Below, in pieces: positions 59,437-64,000 of a DNA stretch of 64,000 nucleotides. The stretch is from NCBI GenBank assembly GCA_041744215.1, contig JBGTLG010000015.1, forward strand, positions 64,001-128,000, written 5' to 3'. The position numbers and the translations under genes were made by a program. This DNA comes from Fimbriimonadales bacterium. Lineage in GTDB: Bacteria; Armatimonadota; Fimbriimonadia; Fimbriimonadales; ATM1. The stretch's first letter is position 1. Every line of letters starts with the position of its first letter. A model generated the notes under the pieces. The model saw only the letters and a list, made by a program, of their open reading frames with translations, was not told where the DNA came from and did no database searches.

Positions 59437-60107
59437 CTTTGTCGGATCGACTCGGATCTCTCCGGCAGCGAATCTTGGACGCGTGCGATGCTTCAGGTAG
59501 GTCTGCGAAAGACGTCACGCTCATTGCTGCGTCGAAAGGGGCAACCTCGGCTCAGGTGGCGGAATTGGCCGATTGCGGAGTGGTCGACTTCGGGGAGAAC
59601 TACCTTCAGGAATCGCGCCTCAAGCGCGAAACGTGCAGAAGTGGCCTTGCATGGCATTTCATTGGGAGGATCCAGAGTAACAAAGCGCGACAGATCGGAA
59701 AAGAGTTTGACTGGATCCACACGATCGACTCGTTGAAAACAGCCAAGGTTGTCTCGCGGGGGGCTGAGGAGTCTGGATCAATCAAGGATGTTTTGATCGA
59801 GGTGAACATCGCCGATGAGCCCAACAAGGGCGGCGTGGAGCCCAGCGGAGTTGCAAATCTGGCCGAGTTGGTGTACTATGAACCCGGTGTCCGGCTCCGG
59901 GGCCTCATGACAATGGGACCCGCGAATCGAAATGCTGAGGAATTACGTCCGTACTTCCAAGCTATGCGAAGGCTCCTTGAGGGGCTGAGCATCGAAGGTG
60001 CGGACTGCTTGAGCATGGGAATGTCTCATGACTTTGACGTGGCGATCCAGGAAGGAGCCACCCACGTGAGAGTTGGAACAGCCCTCTTCGGACGCCGAAA
60101 AATCTAA
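59433..60107 (+). CDS. yggS: PLP homeostasis protein
   Basis: AASK, FGENYLQE, WHFIGRIQSNK, LSMGMSHD, VRVGTALFG. Confidence 0.95.
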   Translation: MTLSDRLGSLRQRILDACDASGRSAKDVTLIAASKGATSAQVAELADCGVVDFGENYLQESRLKRETCRSGLAWHFIGRIQSNKARQIGKEFDWIHTIDSLKTAKVVSRGAEESGSIKDVLIEVNIADEPNKGGVEPSGVANLAELVYYEPGVRLRGLMTMGPANRNAEELRPYFQAMRRLLEGLSIEGADCLSMGMSHDFDVAIQEGATHVRVGTALFGRRKI

Positions 60108-60124
60108 GGAAGGAGTATTTACTC

Positions 60125-60517
60125 ATGGAAGAGCTGCAAGAAACCACCCAGCGTGGCGTTTTCGAGAGACTTTTGGGCACGTTCCGGCGGCACGAGGTCG
60201 AGGACGACGAGGTTGAGTTGGGAGCACCTATGGCTCCTGGTCGACTGTATCACATCACCGTTCGAAGGCAGGTAGTCAGTTTCGCTGACGCAGTGTCGGC
60301 GGCAGATGGTCTAAAGCGAAACGAACAGCAAATTCTCAATCTCTGCTCGGCTGACAGTCAGTTGAGAGAGAAGATAAAGGACTTCCTTGCTGGCGTGAAC
60401 TACGCCCAGGAAGGGACTTGGGAGGAGCTCGGAGAGCACGTATACCTGCTGGCTCCGAGTAATGCCAGGGTCGAGACGGCTCCGGCAACTCCCAGAATCG
60501 CTGCCACCCAGAATTAG
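60125..60517 (+). CDS. sepF: Cell division protein SepF
   Basis: SFADA...ILNL...IKDFLAGVNYA..G...YLLAP; follows yggS. Confidence 0.85.
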   Translation: MEELQETTQRGVFERLLGTFRRHEVEDDEVELGAPMAPGRLYHITVRRQVVSFADAVSAADGLKRNEQQILNLCSADSQLREKIKDFLAGVNYAQEGTWEELGEHVYLLAPSNARVETAPATPRIAATQN

Positions 60518-60549
60518 TCCCCCACGTTCACAACCTGTCCTGCTAACCC

Positions 60550-60705
60550 GCGGGCCGGAGCGCACTCTCCCAAACTGAGGCGCCCTGCAGCCAAAAACGC
60601 CTCATGCGTTTCCGGCCCGCACTTTCCCGCAAGCCCTGAGGGAATTACCTGGCATCGGCTGTGCTCCACGTGGAATGACTTGCTCTGGAGTGGGACCGAG
60701 CAAGT
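60550..60705 (+). promoter_or_regulatory. Structured sepF-pilB intergenic region / pilB leader
   Basis: GCGGGCCGGA/TCCGGCCCGC stem with inner TGAGGCG/CGCCTCA stem; ACTTGCTC/GAGCAAGT stem ends at the ATG. Confidence 0.55.
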
Positions 60706-62430
60706 ATGCTCACGGGCGAAGTATTTCTACAAGATGGACTGATTACTGAGGAACAGCTGCGCCTTGCGAACGAGAAGCAGCTTGAACTCGGAGGAAACGA
60801 GCCGATTGCCAACGTGCTCGTTTCGATGGGGTTTATCACCGAGAAGGACCGCGTCCGGCGACTCGGAATCCTGTGGGGGGTTGAGTTCGCGGACCTCACA
60901 GAGAGTCAGCCCGAACCAGCCATTCCTCTACTGATCTCCTCAACTTTCGCACGAAAGTTCAAGTGTTTGCCCATGCGGCAGGACGGCGACAGATTGTTCG
61001 TTGCGATGGCCAATCCGCTGGACGTCTTCGTTATTGATGAGTTGCGGATGTTGGCTGGGAAGGAGATCGAAGCTCTCATCGCGGTCGAGGACGAGCTCGT
61101 TTCGGCGATCAACGCTTCGTATTCTCGCGACGGCGCCCTAAGCGACCAGCTCAAGGGTGTTATGGCAGACTTTGACAGTGACGTCCAGTTTTCAACTGCC
61201 AACGATGACGATGAAGTCAGCGACGATGAACTCCGGGAAATGGGCGACGATGCGCCGGTTATTCGGTTGGCGAATCTCATCATAAATCAGGCTATTTCAG
61301 ACGGCGCGAGCGACATTCACATAGAACCAGGAAAGGAAATGGTTAAGGTTCGCTATCGAGTCGACGGCGTGCTGCGCGACTCGATGGTCGTTCCGAAGAA
61401 GATTCAGGCACCGCTCACCAGCCGCTTCAAGATCATGTCCAACATGGACATCGCCGAAAAGCGCGCGCCGCAGGACAATCGCATCGCAGCAGTCATAGGT
61501 GGTCGCGAATTCGACTTCCGTGTTAGCACACTCCCAACAATTTTTGGCGAGAAGATTGTTATGCGCGTACTCGACCGAGCTAACGTAAACATCGGGCTTG
61601 CGAAGCTGGGATTCCTTCCCGATACACTGCAGCAACTTGAGGATGCATGTGGGCGTTCGTACGGGATTATCCTGGTTACAGGACCTACCGGGTCGGGAAA
61701 GTCAACCACCCTATACTCTGTACTCAACAAGATCAGCAACGGGGAGAATAACATTATCACCATTGAGGATCCCGTTGAGTATGAGTTAGACGGAATTAGT
61801 CAGTGCAACGTGAATGTCCGCGCCGGAATGACATTCGCGGCAGGCCTGCGATCAATGCTTCGGCAAGATCCTGACGTCATCATGGTCGGTGAAATGCGCG
61901 ACAAGGAGACTGCCACCATAGCGATGGAGGCAGCGCTTACCGGACACTTAGTCCTCAGCACGCTCCACACCAACGACGCAGCCGGCTCAGTCACCCGACT
62001 GATCGATATGGAAGTCGAGCCATTTTTGATCGCCAGCTCGATCGTCGCCGTGCAGGCGCAACGGTTGGTACGCACGATTTGCCAAAAATGCAAGGAGCCG
62101 TTCGTCGTGCCTCGCGAAGCACTGCTCAGGTACGGGTTTCCCCTTCCTGACGGTGTCGGTGTTGAGACCGACGGCAAGCTTAATCTTTTCAAGGGCGCAG
62201 GTTGCGACCGATGCTCGAGCACCGGCTACAAAGGGCGAACGGGAGTGCACGAACTGTTGACCGTAACTGACGAGCTCAGGGATGAGATTCTCAAGCGGGC
62301 GCCAAGCCATGCCATCCGAAACATCGCATCGACTCAAGGTATGCGAACGCTACAAGAAGATGCAGTTCAGAAAATTCTCTTGGGGCAGACAACAATTGAC
62401 GAAGTGTTGAGAGTTATCTACGCGGGGTAG
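60706..62430 (+). CDS. pilB: Type IV pilus extension ATPase (PilB/GspE)
   Basis: N1 domain (VAMANPLD), ASDIH, GPTGSGKSTTLY, RQDPD, TGHLVLSTLHTND, tetracysteine site. Confidence 0.93.
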   Translation: MLTGEVFLQDGLITEEQLRLANEKQLELGGNEPIANVLVSMGFITEKDRVRRLGILWGVEFADLTESQPEPAIPLLISSTFARKFKCLPMRQDGDRLFVAMANPLDVFVIDELRMLAGKEIEALIAVEDELVSAINASYSRDGALSDQLKGVMADFDSDVQFSTANDDDEVSDDELREMGDDAPVIRLANLIINQAISDGASDIHIEPGKEMVKVRYRVDGVLRDSMVVPKKIQAPLTSRFKIMSNMDIAEKRAPQDNRIAAVIGGREFDFRVSTLPTIFGEKIVMRVLDRANVNIGLAKLGFLPDTLQQLEDACGRSYGIILVTGPTGSGKSTTLYSVLNKISNGENNIITIEDPVEYELDGISQCNVNVRAGMTFAAGLRSMLRQDPDVIMVGEMRDKETATIAMEAALTGHLVLSTLHTNDAAGSVTRLIDMEVEPFLIASSIVAVQAQRLVRTICQKCKEPFVVPREALLRYGFPLPDGVGVETDGKLNLFKGAGCDRCSSTGYKGRTGVHELLTVTDELRDEILKRAPSHAIRNIASTQGMRTLQEDAVQKILLGQTTIDEVLRVIYAG

Positions 62431-62436
62431 GAGATC

Positions 62437-63324
62437 ATGTACGCACAAGCAAATCCAGAGCAAAACAATTCACTGACTGCGATTCTCGCCAAAGTTGGCG
62501 AGATCGCGGCGATGCCGCAGGTGGTATACAAGATCATTGAGCTTACGGGAACTACAGCAACTTCTGCTCAAGCGATTGAAGACGCCATCTCTCTTGATCC
62601 GGGGTTCAGCAGTAAGGTGCTGATTCTCGCGAATAGCGCCTTTTACGCGCTCCCACGTCGAGTTACTTCAATTCGTGAAGCGGCAACCTTCATGGGCTAT
62701 AAGACCATCCGGCAACTCGCGATGACGGTCGGTGTCTTCGACATGTTCGTTGGCAAGAACGACTCGGGAAGCTTGCGCCGCCGGACCTGGTGGCGCCACA
62801 GTGTCGATGCCGCTGTTTGTGCAAAGTCCATTGCGAAGTGTACGCCCGTCGTCGATCCTGAAGACGCGTACTCTTGCGCTCTCCTGCACGACGTTGGCAA
62901 GTCGCTTCTCGACCGCGCAACCCAGGGCGAATACGCTCAGGTCGAAGAACTTGTTGCTGGAGGCACGGACGTGCTTTCCGCCGAAACTGAAGTGTTTGGA
63001 TGCACACACATGGAGCTTGGCGCGGCTGCGGCGGCACGGTGGAATCTGCCGCAGATGATCATTGACAGCATCGCCATGCACCACGGCGGAGCGAGCGGCG
63101 ACTTCACACAGCATGTGGCCGTGACGTGCATTGCGAGCGAATTCGCACATCAGATCGTTGAGGGCCGAAAGCAAGCTACCGAAGTTGAAGAAGCAACCGA
63201 GGCTCCTAAACTGCGAGCGAGTGAGTGGGCCACCACCGCGCTCACAATAGACGATATCAAGATCAAACAGTGTTATGACATTTGCAAGGCGACCATTACG
63301 CAACGGACAGGGATGGCGCTCTAG
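62437..63324 (+). CDS. HDOD domain protein
   Basis: DPGFSSKVLILANSAFY, WRHS, LLHDVGK, H..LG....RWNLP, HH. Confidence 0.93.
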   Translation: MYAQANPEQNNSLTAILAKVGEIAAMPQVVYKIIELTGTTATSAQAIEDAISLDPGFSSKVLILANSAFYALPRRVTSIREAATFMGYKTIRQLAMTVGVFDMFVGKNDSGSLRRRTWWRHSVDAAVCAKSIAKCTPVVDPEDAYSCALLHDVGKSLLDRATQGEYAQVEELVAGGTDVLSAETEVFGCTHMELGAAAAARWNLPQMIIDSIAMHHGGASGDFTQHVAVTCIASEFAHQIVEGRKQATEVEEATEAPKLRASEWATTALTIDDIKIKQCYDICKATITQRTGMAL

Positions 63325-63333
63325 GAGGAAACC

Positions 63334-64000
63334 ATGTCAAGTAACTTCGATTGGAACAAAGCATTGCCGGATGGCGACCCAGGTGCGTCCCTGGAACCAG
63401 CGACAAAAGCACCAGAACCCGTCGGTATTGACCCGCGAAACGGTATGCCGATGGCGCCGGCGGAGCCGAGCGTGCGGTTGAACAACCACGAAGAGGTACG
63501 ATCGGTCGAGGACGTTCACATTGACGAGCTCCTTGTTGAGTGCGTGGAGAGGAAGGGCTCAGACCTCCACATTACTTCGAACCTACCGCCGACTATTCGT
63601 CTTGATGGCGATCTGACTTCCCTTCCCTATCAACCTCTCGAGTCGAGACAGACGCAGCGCCTTGTCTACGATATTCTTTCTGACTCGAATGTCCAGAAGT
63701 TTGAGGAGACTAGGGAACTGGACTTCTCGCACAGCATCAAGGGGATAGGACGATTTCGCGTCAACGTGTATATGCAGCGAGACTCGCTCGCTGCGGCGTT
63801 TCGTGCGATTCCCACTTCGATCCCGTCGTTCGAGGATCTTCGACTTCCGCCGATTATTCGCGAGATGGCGAAGCGATCGAGCGGACTCGTGCTTGTCACC
63901 GGACCGACGGGCTCGGGCAAGTCAACAACAATCGCTTCGATGATCGACGACATCAACGTCACGCGCAGGTGTCACATCATGACGATCGAGGACCCGATCG
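63334..64000 (+). CDS. pilT: Type IV pilus retraction ATPase PilT, partial
   Basis: Own translation from ATG 63334 (after AGGAGG): IDELL...GSDLHI..PPTIRLDGDL, ELDFS, RFRVN, GLVLVTGPTGSGKSTT, HIMTIEDPI. Runs off the window; not in the ORF track. Confidence 0.93.
   Translation, partial: MSSNFDWNKALPDGDPGASLEPATKAPEPVGIDPRNGMPMAPAEPSVRLNNHEEVRSVEDVHIDELLVECVERKGSDLHITSNLPPTIRLDGDLTSLPYQPLESRQTQRLVYDILSDSNVQKFEETRELDFSHSIKGIGRFRVNVYMQRDSLAAAFRAIPTSIPSFEDLRLPPIIREMAKRSSGLVLVTGPTGSGKSTTIASMIDDINVTRRCHIMTIEDPI

Overview
A gene-dense chromosomal segment from a high-GC diderm bacterium of Terrabacteria type. The [19 protein letters not shown][I/L]LFPVFA prepilin-like proteins together with sepF, hrcA, trmFO, rqcH, lnt and kdsD point to Armatimonadota (probably Fimbriimonadia); this is an inference. 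Housekeeping content: pdhAB, pckA, kdsD, lnt, lemA/DUF2207, ilvC, rqcH, trmFO, hrcA, mqnD, lon/hsp20, secG, phoU, yggS, sepF and tRNA-Pro(CGG). Type IV filament machinery is split across loci: exeA-HTH-pilMNOPQ, a truncated GspE/PilB ATPase, and pilB-HDOD-pilT. The strongest novelty candidate is a compact class II-like cobalamin riboswitch controlling a lone prepilin-type H-X9-DG protein with no btu genes nearby, suggesting B12 capture by a pilin-like binding protein. Other signals: a recurring ECF-sigma-like promoter upstream of envelope genes and a candidate sRNA, a free-standing secretin-N-domain-like protein, a degenerate Clp1-like kinase beside a phosphatase, a RepA-like helicase-HTH gene ending in an AT-rich patch plus 9-bp repeats near a strand-skew change, a structured pilB leader, and many apparently leaderless genes. 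No CRISPR array, rRNA, transposase or integrase was seen. All calls come from reading motifs by eye; no searches were run.
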